Shown: piece by piece, positions 29,955-38,488 of the stretch
How positions within the stretch are numbered: the first letter of the stretch is position 1
Layout: every line of letters begins with the position of its first letter
From: an uncultured Erysipelotrichaceae bacterium
GTDB taxonomy: Bacteria; Bacillota_I; Bacilli_A; RF39; UBA660
Direction of reading: 5' to 3'
Assembly (NCBI GenBank): GCA_902795215.1
Contig: CADBKG010000001.1
Coordinates: 31,992 to 95,991, forward strand
DNA: 64,000 nucleotides
The notes under the pieces: model-generated
The model's input: the letters and a program-made list of their open reading frames with translations, nothing else
Databases searched by the model: none
Told to the model about the DNA's origin: nothing
Made by a program: the position numbers and the translations under genes

Positions 29955-30548
29955 TTATGAAGTTGCTGTAGCATCTACTACTAGCTGAAGTGCAAGCATT
30001 TTACCTATTACATCATTAGGAGCGTTTTCATCAAGCCAGAATTTAATTTGATGTGTTTCAGACGCCCCAGGATTAAGTGTTCCCGTTCCTACTTGCATTT
30101 TAGTCCCTTGAGCACTACTCATAGATCCTAAATTTCCAGTAGTGTTAGAATCATATTTATAATCTATATTACTATATTGTGCAAGTGGAAGCGCAGCATA
30201 ACCATTATAATCTGAATGACTTGCCTTAAATGCTGATGTATTATCAACAAGTGAAGCTATATATGAAATCTTATAAGTTCCAGTATTTTCTACTGTATAT
30301 ACATATGTACTATTTGCTTTTGCTTTGCTTTCTGTTGAAGGATATATATCTGTAATTATTATTTGCCCAGTACTAGAAGTTACTGTAACATCAAAAGTTC
30401 CAATATCTATTTTTTGATCTTCATTATTTTTATGTGAAGAATTAAATATAGCATAAGTAGTACTCATAACTACAATAACTACTGCCAAAACAGAAAAGAC
30501 AGCAATTACAGCATGCTTTTTAATTACATTTTCTAACGTCTTTTTCAT
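29955..30548 (-). CDS. TasA/camelysin-family protein with SipW-cognate-type signal peptide
   Basis: N-terminal h-region ending TTYAIFNSS (T-x-AYF class); mature-part resemblance to TasA/CalY (GTFDVTV..., IKFWLDEN...). Confidence 0.55.
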   Translation of the reverse strand: MKKTLENVIKKHAVIAVFSVLAVVIVVMSTTYAIFNSSHKNNEDQKIDIGTFDVTVTSSTGQIIITDIYPSTESKAKANSTYVYTVENTGTYKISYIASLVDNTSAFKASHSDYNGYAALPLAQYSNIDYKYDSNTTGNLGSMSSAQGTKMQVGTGTLNPGASETHQIKFWLDENAPNDVIGKMLALQLVVDATATS

Positions 30549-30622
30549 AACTTTACCCTCTATCTAAATAAATTATATAAAAGATTTTATGAAAATACAA
30601 GTATTTAGACACTAAAAAAGAA

Positions 30623-31177
30623 CTAGTTTGTCACTAATTCTTTTAATTTTTCTTTATTTTCGTTGTTAAAATACTCTATAGGTGCACCATCAAACTCTGA
30701 ATCATATATATCTTCTTTTAAAAGAATTACATGTTTATTACCCTTAGTAATTATAATCGTTGGTGTATTGAATTCTTTAACGCCTAATACTTTTTTAAAG
30801 CTATCAAATTCTTTTTTGTTTGAATCAAGCATTGATGATTTTAAATAATAAATCTTTTTGTTTTTATAAATATCATTTAAAGGTTTTACTAACACTTGAG
30901 TATAAGGGTCTTCTGAATTACCAATTAAAATAACAGAATTCTCTTTTAACAATTTATTTGCATCTTTTAATGATATATATTCATATACACATTCTTTTAC
31001 AGAAACATATGAATATTCTTTATGAAATACTTCTGCATCAGATTTTTTAATATTACTTATATATACTTTCGCATCCCTAATTCCAAAATACAAAAATACA
31101 AATCCTATTAAAATAATCAATATATCTAATATAATTCTAAGTTTTCTAGTATCTTTTTCTTCTTTTTTCTTTTTCAT
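30623..31177 (-). CDS. membrane-anchored hypothetical protein
   Basis: N-terminal TM then ~150-aa soluble domain; no signal-peptidase motifs. Confidence 0.4.
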   Translation of the reverse strand: MKKKKEEKDTRKLRIILDILIILIGFVFLYFGIRDAKVYISNIKKSDAEVFHKEYSYVSVKECVYEYISLKDANKLLKENSVILIGNSEDPYTQVLVKPLNDIYKNKKIYYLKSSMLDSNKKEFDSFKKVLGVKEFNTPTIIITKGNKHVILLKEDIYDSEFDGAPIEYFNNENKEKLKELVTN

Positions 31178-32046
31178 TATCCAATTTGATTCATTACTTC
31201 TTCAGCGAAGTTTTCTTCTCTTTTTTCCATTCCTTCGCCTACTTCGTATCTTACCATCTTAGTTACATTTCCACCGTTGTTTTTAACATATGTTTTAACA
31301 TCGATATCACCATCTTTAATGAATGCTTGGTTAACTAAGCATATTTCTTTAAAAAATTTTTTAAGTCTTCCTGCGACCATTTTTTCAGCGATATCAGCTG
31401 GTTTTCCTTCTTCCATAGCTTGTTCTTTTAGAACTTCTTTTTCTTTTTCTACTCTATCTGCTGGAACTGATTCTTCATCTAGGAATTCTGGTTTCATTGC
31501 AGCAGCTTGCATTGCAACATCTCTTGCAACTTCTTCATTAGCACCTTTAACAACAGTTAAAGCAGCAATTTTTCCACCCATATGAATATATGATCCAAAT
31601 ACTTCATCGTCTTCTTTAGTAACTACTTCTACTCTACGTAAAGATAACTTTTCTCCAATTGTTGCAGTTCTAGCAGTTATTAAATCTGAAACTGTGCCTT
31701 CACTTGTTTTAGCATTTAATGCATCTTCTAATGTATTAGCGTCACTATTTAAAATAGCATTTCCAATTTCATCAACTAGTTCACCAAATTTTTCGTTTGA
31801 ACTAACAAAATCTGTTTCACAGTTTAATTCTAAGATTACTGCTTTATTACCATCAGTAAATACTTTACTAACACCTTCTGCAGCAATTCTATCTTGTTTT
31901 TTAGCAGCTTTTGCAATACCTTTTTCTCTTAGGTAATCAACAGCCTTTTCCATATCACCATTAGTTTCAACAAGTGCTTTTTTACAATCCATCATTCCAG
32001 CACCTGTAGTTTGTCTTAATTCATTAACCATTTTTGCAGTTATCAT
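31177..32046 (-). CDS. tsf: elongation factor Ts
   Basis: N-terminal UBA-like TGAGMMDCKKAL signature; ~289 aa; downstream of rpsB. Confidence 0.9.
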   Translation of the reverse strand: MITAKMVNELRQTTGAGMMDCKKALVETNGDMEKAVDYLREKGIAKAAKKQDRIAAEGVSKVFTDGNKAVILELNCETDFVSSNEKFGELVDEIGNAILNSDANTLEDALNAKTSEGTVSDLITARTATIGEKLSLRRVEVVTKEDDEVFGSYIHMGGKIAALTVVKGANEEVARDVAMQAAAMKPEFLDEESVPADRVEKEKEVLKEQAMEEGKPADIAEKMVAGRLKKFFKEICLVNQAFIKDGDIDVKTYVKNNGGNVTKMVRYEVGEGMEKREENFAEEVMNQIG

Positions 32047-32060
32047 ATTTAGCCTCCTTT

Positions 32061-32999
32061 TTATTTTGTTAAAAGTTCGATTAATTCATCTTTTTTAAGA
32101 GTACTATAACCTTTTAGTTCTCTTTCTTTTGCAACTTTTTTAAGTTCTGCAAGTGTCATTGATGAATAATCTACTTTTTCTTCTTTAACTTTCTTTTCTT
32201 CTTTTTTTACTTTTTTAGTTTCTTTAACTTCGTCTTTTTTAGATACTTCTTTAACTTCTTTTTCTTCCTTTTTCTCTTCTGTTTTTGTTTCATCTTCTGT
32301 AATATAATCAACTAATGGTAATTTTTTTCCTTCACAAATTGCATTATTAAGTACTCCTAGAACAACTTTAACAGCACGTACTGCATCATCATTACCAGGA
32401 ACTACAAAATCAACATCATCTGGATCACAGTTAGTATCAACAAGGCCAAATACTGGAATATTTAATTTTCTTGCTTCTCTAATTGCATTGATTTCTTTTT
32501 TAGGATCTACAATAATAAGTGCATCTGGTAGTTTTTCCATAGAACGAATACCACCAAGTACTCTCATTAATTTGTCATATTCTTTTTTGATTAATGAAAC
32601 TTCTTTTTTAGGAAGTAATTCAAATGTTCCTTCTGCTTCCATTTTTTCAATTTCATCAAGTCTTTTAACTCTTTTTCTAATAGTACGGAAATTTGTAAGA
32701 GTTCCACCAAGCCATCTTTCATTTACATAGAAAGATTCACTTCTTTCCGCTTCTTCTTTAACTACTTCTGAAGCTTGTTTTTTAGTTCCGACAAATAAGA
32801 ACTTACCTCCATTTTCGCTAATCTTTTTTAACTCTTCGTATGCAACTTCTATGCATGCAACAGTTTTTTCTAGATCGATAATATAAATATCATCTCTAGC
32901 AGTAAAGATGTATTCCTTCATTTTAGGATTCCATCTTTTAGTTTGGTGTCCAAAATGTACACCTGCTTCTAATAAATAACTCATAGAAACAACAGCCAT
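32061..32999 (-). CDS. rpsB: 30S ribosomal protein S2 with ~80-aa C-terminal E/K-rich extension ending in Rho_N-like motif
   Basis: Canonical S2 core ([27 protein letters not shown]...); extension ...[34 protein letters not shown]. Confidence 0.9.
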   Translation of the reverse strand: MAVVSMSYLLEAGVHFGHQTKRWNPKMKEYIFTARDDIYIIDLEKTVACIEVAYEELKKISENGGKFLFVGTKKQASEVVKEEAERSESFYVNERWLGGTLTNFRTIRKRVKRLDEIEKMEAEGTFELLPKKEVSLIKKEYDKLMRVLGGIRSMEKLPDALIIVDPKKEINAIREARKLNIPVFGLVDTNCDPDDVDFVVPGNDDAVRAVKVVLGVLNNAICEGKKLPLVDYITEDETKTEEKKEEKEVKEVSKKDEVKETKKVKKEEKKVKEEKVDYSSMTLAELKKVAKERELKGYSTLKKDELIELLTK

Positions 33000-33139
33000 A
33001 AAAAATCTCTCCCTTCGTTTTTACTTCCTTATGCTTCTAAAATATTTCAACCAAGGCTTGTGGTCACTAGAAATATAAATTCACATAAGTGTTTATTTGG
33101 CTTTACAGCCATTAATATAATAACAAAGAAAAAGTCCTT

Positions 33140-33172
33140 TTGCAAGGACTTTGTTCTACTATTTTTAATAAT
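33140..33172 (-). terminator. rho-independent terminator
   Basis: AAGTCCTTTTGCAAGGACTT stem + U-run on the minus strand downstream of the DUF4176 gene. Confidence 0.55.
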
Positions 33173-33175
33173 TTA

Positions 33176-33472
33176 TTACTTATTTTCGTTTTCTAACATT
33201 GCTTTTAATTTCTTCTTGAATTCTTTTTCTTCATCATCGGAATATCCAGCGCTATAAACCTTAGCGATTTGATCATGATTAAACACTGCTACTTCATCTG
33301 AAGATAACATACCTTCTGGATATAAACAACCAGAATAATCATATTCTTCCTTACTATTATTTGGTACTACGCAAAACCCTGTTATCATTAGTCTTTTTTG
33401 ACCGTTTTTTAATAGAACTACACTCCCTATTGGTAAATATTTTTCATATTTCATTATTTTTTCTCCTTTCAA
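33176..33472 (-). CDS. DUF4176-like small protein
   Basis: 98 aa; YLPIGSVVLLKNGQKRLMITG matches the DUF4176 N-terminal signature. Confidence 0.45.
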   Translation of the reverse strand: MKGEKIMKYEKYLPIGSVVLLKNGQKRLMITGFCVVPNNSKEEYDYSGCLYPEGMLSSDEVAVFNHDQIAKVYSAGYSDDEEKEFKKKLKAMLENENK

Positions 33473-33479
33473 AAAACAC

Positions 33480-34079
33480 TTACATCTCTTTTGTAAGTGC
33501 TTCTTTGTAACTCATAAAATATTGAACCCCTGATACAATAGATAAAACAGTAGCAACAACTATTAATGCAAGTGATACATTTACACCAATTAATTCAAAT
33601 GGCAAATTGTATAATAACATAAATGATACACCCGTCATCATACACACAGTCTTAGCTTTTCCCCAAATAGATGCTCCAACTGCTTTTCCACCTTTTTGCC
33701 CTGCCACCATTTTAATAGAATCAACAAATGTATCTCTAGTAATAATGATTACTGGGATAATGGCAGGAATAAATCCATCAACTGCAAGAATTATCAATAT
33801 TCCATTTACTAAAATCTTATCTGCAATTGCATCCATTACTTTTCCAAAGTCAGTAACTAAATTATATTTTCTAGCTATATGACCATCTAAGAAATCAGTA
33901 GTGCTGGCAATAATAAATAAAACACCGGCAATAATATATTTTAGATTAACTGTTATTTTTCCAGCAACTAAATAATTTGGAAATTCTATTCCCATTTGAT
34001 AAAAAGGAATAGATAACATAAGTAATACTAATAAAGAAAGTACTATTCTACTAACTGTAATTTTATTTGGTAAATTCAT
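33480..34079 (-). CDS. pgsA: CDP-diacylglycerol--glycerol-3-phosphate 3-phosphatidyltransferase
   Basis: CDP-alcohol phosphatidyltransferase motif DFLDGHIARK...G...DAIADK; ~199 aa. Confidence 0.85.
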   Translation of the reverse strand: MNLPNKITVSRIVLSLLVLLMLSIPFYQMGIEFPNYLVAGKITVNLKYIIAGVLFIIASTTDFLDGHIARKYNLVTDFGKVMDAIADKILVNGILIILAVDGFIPAIIPVIIITRDTFVDSIKMVAGQKGGKAVGASIWGKAKTVCMMTGVSFMLLYNLPFELIGVNVSLALIVVATVLSIVSGVQYFMSYKEALTKEM

Positions 34080-34081
34080 AA

Positions 34082-34546
34082 CTACACTCCTACCTGTTTA
34101 ACTGCCCATATAATAGAAACAGCTATTAAAATAATTATAACTATTGATATTATTAAATATTTTGGCCATACCGGCTTTTCTCTTGATTTTAAATATGGTG
34201 AAACAACTCTTATTTCATTAGTCATTTCAAGATCTTCAGCTTCCTGTCTTTCTTTTTCTTCAATTGCTTTTTCTAATTTATCGACAGGTATTTTGGAAGT
34301 ATATTCAAACATATATTCATTAAACTTTTTAATAGTCTCTTCAGGATCTAATCCTAAATATTTAGAATAACTAGTTAGGTAATCTTTTAATTCAAATATA
34401 TCTTTGAAACTTCCTATTTTTCCATCTTCGATTTGTTCAAGTGCAATAACAGGAATATTAGTATCAGAACTTGCTTCTTCTATACTAACTCCTGCACTTT
34501 CCCTCGATTCTTTAAAATCATTTCCAATTTCGTTCAAGAATTTCAC
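34082..34546 (-). CDS. RodZ-like HTH (XRE) domain membrane protein
   Basis: N-terminal HTH-like segment, C-terminal TM helix; located between pgsA and rnpB. Confidence 0.5.
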   Translation of the reverse strand: MKFLNEIGNDFKESRESAGVSIEEASSDTNIPVIALEQIEDGKIGSFKDIFELKDYLTSYSKYLGLDPEETIKKFNEYMFEYTSKIPVDKLEKAIEEKERQEAEDLEMTNEIRVVSPYLKSREKPVWPKYLIISIVIIILIAVSIIWAVKQVGV

Positions 34547-34564
34547 ATCCTTTAATATAAAAAA

Positions 34565-34895
34565 AATAATACTTAGTAAGCCTTGTTCTGTACCACTAGG
34601 GTGACAAACATTTATCTTTTGGATAAAACCAAACCTTCTTTAGATTCATTTCTCTTTAGAAGACTCCCCTACCAAAATTTGGGTTTCTCACTTGCGGGGT
34701 TTACCACGTTCCACCTTGCCTGTTACCAAGCAAGCTCGTCTCTTTGGCACTTTTATATTTACTCAAATCCCAATGGGACTTTTTCAAAGCCGTTAGCATA
34801 AGCTACCTAGAGTTATTTTTTCCTCTAGCACAAACATTTTATTCATCTCAGAATAAGTGAGCAAGGACTTTCCTCAAGTATATAAAATACCAGCG
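34565..34895 (-). ncRNA. rnpB: RNase P RNA, type B (Bacillus-type)
   Basis: Minus strand reads ...GAGGAAAGUCCUUGCUC...AAAGUGCCAAAGAGACG...GGUGGAACGUGGUAAACCCCGCAAGUGAGAAACCCAAAUUUUGGUAGGGGAG...GGUACAGAACAAGGCUUAC. This is near-identical in its conserved P4/P10-P12/P15 regions to B. subtilis RNase P RNA; P1 pairing GAAUAAUAC/GUAUUAUU. Confidence 0.85.
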
Positions 34896-34909
34896 TTTGT
34901 CTTTCCGTA

Positions 34910-35272
34910 TTATTCTTCTTCCTCTTCTTCTTTTTTATTGCCGTAAACTATCTTTTCTAGGTTAGATAGTCTCTTAAGTATATCAAGATTACTAGAATTA
35001 AATTTACCAGCGCCTGTTTCTTTAGATAATGTCTCAAGTTCCATAGTAAGTTTTCTAATTTCATTTTTTAGTTTATTGTTTTCCTCTACTAAATCTTGAT
35101 TTTCTTTCTCGGCATTTTTTATAAAACGAATGAATTCAGTATAGTCCTGAATTATAGAGTCAAGATATTCATCAACCTCTTGAGGTCTATAACCCTTAGT
35201 ATCAAATTTAAATTCCTTATTTAATATATCCTTTGGAGAATTATTTACATTAAGTCCATACATAGCATTCAC
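34910..35272 (-). CDS. gpsB: GpsB/DivIVA-domain cell-division protein
   Basis: DivIVA N-terminal motif FDTKGYRPQEVDEYLD; 120 aa; coiled-coil. Confidence 0.75.
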   Translation of the reverse strand: MNAMYGLNVNNSPKDILNKEFKFDTKGYRPQEVDEYLDSIIQDYTEFIRFIKNAEKENQDLVEENNKLKNEIRKLTMELETLSKETGAGKFNSSNLDILKRLSNLEKIVYGNKKEEEEEE

Positions 35273-35322
35273 CCTTCTTACAAAACATATTTTACTATTT
35301 GCGTCTTATTTTGTCAATAAGA

Positions 35323-36441
35323 CTAGTTTAGTTCTTTATTCAATATATATAATACTTTTCCATTATATAGTATCTTACTAAAGGTATCACTTTTACCTAT
35401 TCTTTTTAACTTGGTACCATATGGAAGCGTAACTACCCTATTTGGCACATCTGTAGTTGCAGAACTTCTAAGTATTGCACCGCTTTTCGTTGTTACTTCC
35501 TCGTTAACACTTTCGTAATTTAAGTCTGGTCCTTTTTTATAATTAGGATCGTTGACAATATCTTCTTCTTTTTCAACATAAGTAAAGTATGATACATTTA
35601 AATCTACATATCCCGGAACCCCGTCTACTTTTCCAGCATCGGAATATTGCCACATGTTATAGTTTCCATTATAATCAAGCGTATCTCCATAATATGCTAC
35701 CCAAAGTAGTTTTCCATCGAATCTTCCTGTATCAAAATTATATGATAAGGCGCTACTATATGAATAAATCATACTAGTGTATCCATACGATTCAATTACG
35801 TCAGTAAAGGCTAATATATTATCAGTTATTGTACTAGCATTTACTCCTTCTAATCTTCCTCTATTTAATACTTCAGCATCATATACAATCGGATAACTTA
35901 TATCATAATCTTTAACTAAATTTATAGTAAATTCTGCCTCTTCTCTAGCTTCTTCTTGATTTTTAGCAGTTCCAAAAAAGTATACACCTACATTTAATCC
36001 TGCTTCTCTAGCTTCTTTTACATTTTTTCTAAAATAACTATCTTCTTTAACATTGCTTCCATCTATTTCTCTAAAACCACATCTAATAATTGCAAAATTT
36101 ATACCAGTGGCAGCAACCCTATTCCAGTCTATATCTCCTTGCCATTCTGATACATCTATACCATATGAAACATTATATGATAAAAATTGCTCATTTAAAC
36201 TAGTACTAGTATTAATATTTGTAGTTAAATTTTTAAAAGTATTTGTTTTAAATGTATAAAACAATCTATCATCATTTATAGTAACAACATTATTTTTATA
36301 ATATTTATATAAATTTAATGAAAAAAAAGTTACTGTAAAAGCAAGCAATGCTAAAAATAAAGAAACTCCAAATTTCTTTTTATCTATCTTTCTAAAAAAT
36401 TGTCTTACTTCAAAACTAATTTCTCTCATACTATCTACCAT
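35323..36441 (-). CDS. membrane-anchored GH25 muramidase (lysozyme) with C-terminal SH3-like domain
   Basis: N-terminal TM; GIDVSEWQGDIDWNRVAATGINFAIIRCGF GH25 signature. Confidence 0.7.
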   Translation of the reverse strand: MVDSMREISFEVRQFFRKIDKKKFGVSLFLALLAFTVTFFSLNLYKYYKNNVVTINDDRLFYTFKTNTFKNLTTNINTSTSLNEQFLSYNVSYGIDVSEWQGDIDWNRVAATGINFAIIRCGFREIDGSNVKEDSYFRKNVKEAREAGLNVGVYFFGTAKNQEEAREEAEFTINLVKDYDISYPIVYDAEVLNRGRLEGVNASTITDNILAFTDVIESYGYTSMIYSYSSALSYNFDTGRFDGKLLWVAYYGDTLDYNGNYNMWQYSDAGKVDGVPGYVDLNVSYFTYVEKEEDIVNDPNYKKGPDLNYESVNEEVTTKSGAILRSSATTDVPNRVVTLPYGTKLKRIGKSDTFSKILYNGKVLYILNKELN

Positions 36442-36486
36442 AAAACATTATACCATGGGAAAATATATTTTTTCAAGAATTCTTTA

Positions 36487-36585
36487 TCAAGATTTACGTC
36501 TTCCAATTACTTTTTGAATGGCAAGCGTTCTTTCAGCATAATTTACATCATCAATTAAACTTTGTAAAAATAATTCTATTCTCAT
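36487..36585 (-). CDS. 32-aa small ORF MRIELFLQSLIDDVNYAERTLAIQKVIGRRKS upstream of the lysozyme gene
   Basis: AGGTGA RBS 4 nt before ATG; below ORF-track size cut-off. Confidence 0.25.
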   Translation of the reverse strand: MRIELFLQSLIDDVNYAERTLAIQKVIGRRKS

Positions 36586-36684
36586 ATAATCACCTATATT
36601 AGTTTTACATATCTTTTAAAAAAATTAAAGAATATCGACAAAATTTCTTTATTTTTTACCTTATTTATAGTAATATTATACTAG

Positions 36685-37485
36685 GTGATAAAAATGAATG
36701 AAGAATTAGGGGTTAGGCATGTAGAAAGTCCAATCATGCTTAGTAAAGAACCTACAACTAATAGTTCTTTACCAAGTTTAAGACAAATAGAACCAAAAAT
36801 CAAAAAAGAAAAAGATGTTGTTCCAGCCTTTTATACTGGTTTATTAACTATTTTATTAATAATAACTTATTTATTTACATTAAAGCTATATGAACCTGTT
36901 AATAATCTGGTTTTAACTGGTGGAATTGTTAGTTATCCATTTACGTTTTTAGTAATTGCACTTATCTCTAAAAAATATGGATTTAAAAGTGCACGAAAAA
37001 GTATTTACATTAGTTCCTTATTATATTTAATTTTTGCAGTATTTTCAATTATAGGAATTTTACCAAAAGCTAATGAGGCATCAAATCAATATAACATAAT
37101 CGTTCAATATTTACTTGCTAATAATTTTGTTGATGTTTTAGGATTTAGATTATTTTATCCAACTTTAGGACAATTTTTTGGAGTATTAATTGCGTATATA
37201 GTAAGTCATTTACTTTATAGCACTGTGTATAATGCAATTCATTCTTTCACGGTTGAATATTTAGCTACGGGCCTTGGTATATTTATTGCATATATTATAG
37301 ATAGACTATTATTTGTGTTTATATTATTTGCCCAAGGATTAATAAATGGTGATAATACTTTTGCATATGTCATTCAAGTATTAACAAGTGAATTTATGTT
37401 TGCAATACTAGCAGCAGTACTAGTAATAATTATATATTCCATTATATGTAGTATAGAAAAAAAGAAAGAAAGCAAAATCAAATAA
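36685..37485 (+). CDS. YhhQ/DUF165 (queuosine-precursor transporter-like) family membrane protein
   Basis: PV...LTGGIVSYPFTFLVIALISKKYG parallels the YhhQ PV..ILGF...FPFIFLATDL...FG motif; polytopic; real start may be downstream of 36685. Confidence 0.5.
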   Translation: MIKMNEELGVRHVESPIMLSKEPTTNSSLPSLRQIEPKIKKEKDVVPAFYTGLLTILLIITYLFTLKLYEPVNNLVLTGGIVSYPFTFLVIALISKKYGFKSARKSIYISSLLYLIFAVFSIIGILPKANEASNQYNIIVQYLLANNFVDVLGFRLFYPTLGQFFGVLIAYIVSHLLYSTVYNAIHSFTVEYLATGLGIFIAYIIDRLLFVFILFAQGLINGDNTFAYVIQVLTSEFMFAILAAVLVIIIYSIICSIEKKKESKIK

Positions 37486-37523
37486 AGATTTTGCTTTTTC
37501 TATAATTTACTATTAAAAAAGTT

Positions 37524-37733
37524 CTACACACTATATGTAGAACTTTTTTCTTTATCATCTGTAAGGCTATGTAATAATTCATGAAAAGCTGGTACCATTT
37601 CATCTTCAAAAACATTTTTACCATTTTCTAGTTTGTCTGCAATATTAGGGATTTCTCCAAGTTTTTCTAAAAGTTCATTTGTTTCCCCAGTTACTTGCGC
37701 TAATCTAATTTCATCTTTCATATATTTCACCAT
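37524..37733 (-). CDS. hypothetical small acidic protein
   Basis: ORF overlapping the 3' end of the upstream gene; start probably MVKYM at 37733. Confidence 0.3.
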   Translation of the reverse strand: MVKYMKDEIRLAQVTGETNELLEKLGEIPNIADKLENGKNVFEDEMVPAFHELLHSLTDDKEKSSTYSV

Positions 37734-38418
37734 CCATAAGCATTCCTGCAACTAATACATTATCATTAGTTTTTTCTAAATCATATTGTCCATCTTGATC
37801 ATAATATTTTCTAACAATTGCTCTTTCATCATAGGCATTTAGCCCATTTTCTAAACCAAAGCCACTAGATTTTATTAATTTTTTAGAATTAATATCATAT
37901 TCATAAGTTGCAAGTCCTCTTCTTCTTATGATGACATTACCATCAATCTTATATTCATTAACATAAGATTTAACAAGAGAATTTATGCTATTCACAAGCA
38001 TCCCTATAGATGCATGACTTTCATCGTTAAAATAATCAGGCATAACAATTATTCTATTAACCTTTATAATTTTTTTATCTTTTATTTCTGGATATGATGC
38101 ATAAATATATCTTTTGCTAAGATCTTCTTTAGAAATAAAATCTAAAGGAAATTTATTTCTTTTAAGAACTGCTTTAACATCTTCTTTTGCTTTTGTTTTT
38201 CTTCCATTTGAGTCTACTCTATATTCCCTTGCTATTTCATATTTACAAGAAAGTATAGCCTCAAGTATAATCTTTTGATACTCCTTTCCATATTCACAAA
38301 CAAGAGTATCATATAAATCTCCTACCGCATAGGCAAGTTTTTCTTCGCATCCAGATTCAATTAACTTATTTGATATATCACAGGGGAGAATCTTAACACT
38401 GTTTTTTGTTTCATTCAT
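37711..38418 (-). CDS. hypothetical protein
   Basis: 235-aa ORF, no recognised domain; in an apparent operon with the iPGM-like gene. Confidence 0.4.
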   Translation of the reverse strand: MNETKNSVKILPCDISNKLIESGCEEKLAYAVGDLYDTLVCEYGKEYQKIILEAILSCKYEIAREYRVDSNGRKTKAKEDVKAVLKRNKFPLDFISKEDLSKRYIYASYPEIKDKKIIKVNRIIVMPDYFNDESHASIGMLVNSINSLVKSYVNEYKIDGNVIIRRRGLATYEYDINSKKLIKSSGFGLENGLNAYDERAIVRKYYDQDGQYDLEKTNDNVLVAGMLMDGEIYER

Positions 38419-38488
38419 TTATTAAACCCTCCATCTTTTTAAATGTTATTATAACAAATATTAAATAATTTTTAAAGTGTTTTTTTAA

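Noticed and set aside
30623-31177. Possible SipW-type signal peptidase next to the TasA-like gene
   Set aside because: Protein has an N-terminal TM but none of the SPase-I catalytic boxes (no SM/SGSMxP or His box); left as hypothetical.
31277-31936. Two + strand ORFs (102 and 80 aa) inside tsf
   Set aside because: Antisense to a well-supported housekeeping gene; no RBS.
36590-36690. preQ1 riboswitch upstream of the YhhQ-like gene
   Set aside because: Looked for the short stem plus A-rich tail (UAAAAAACUA) of preQ1-I and found nothing convincing.
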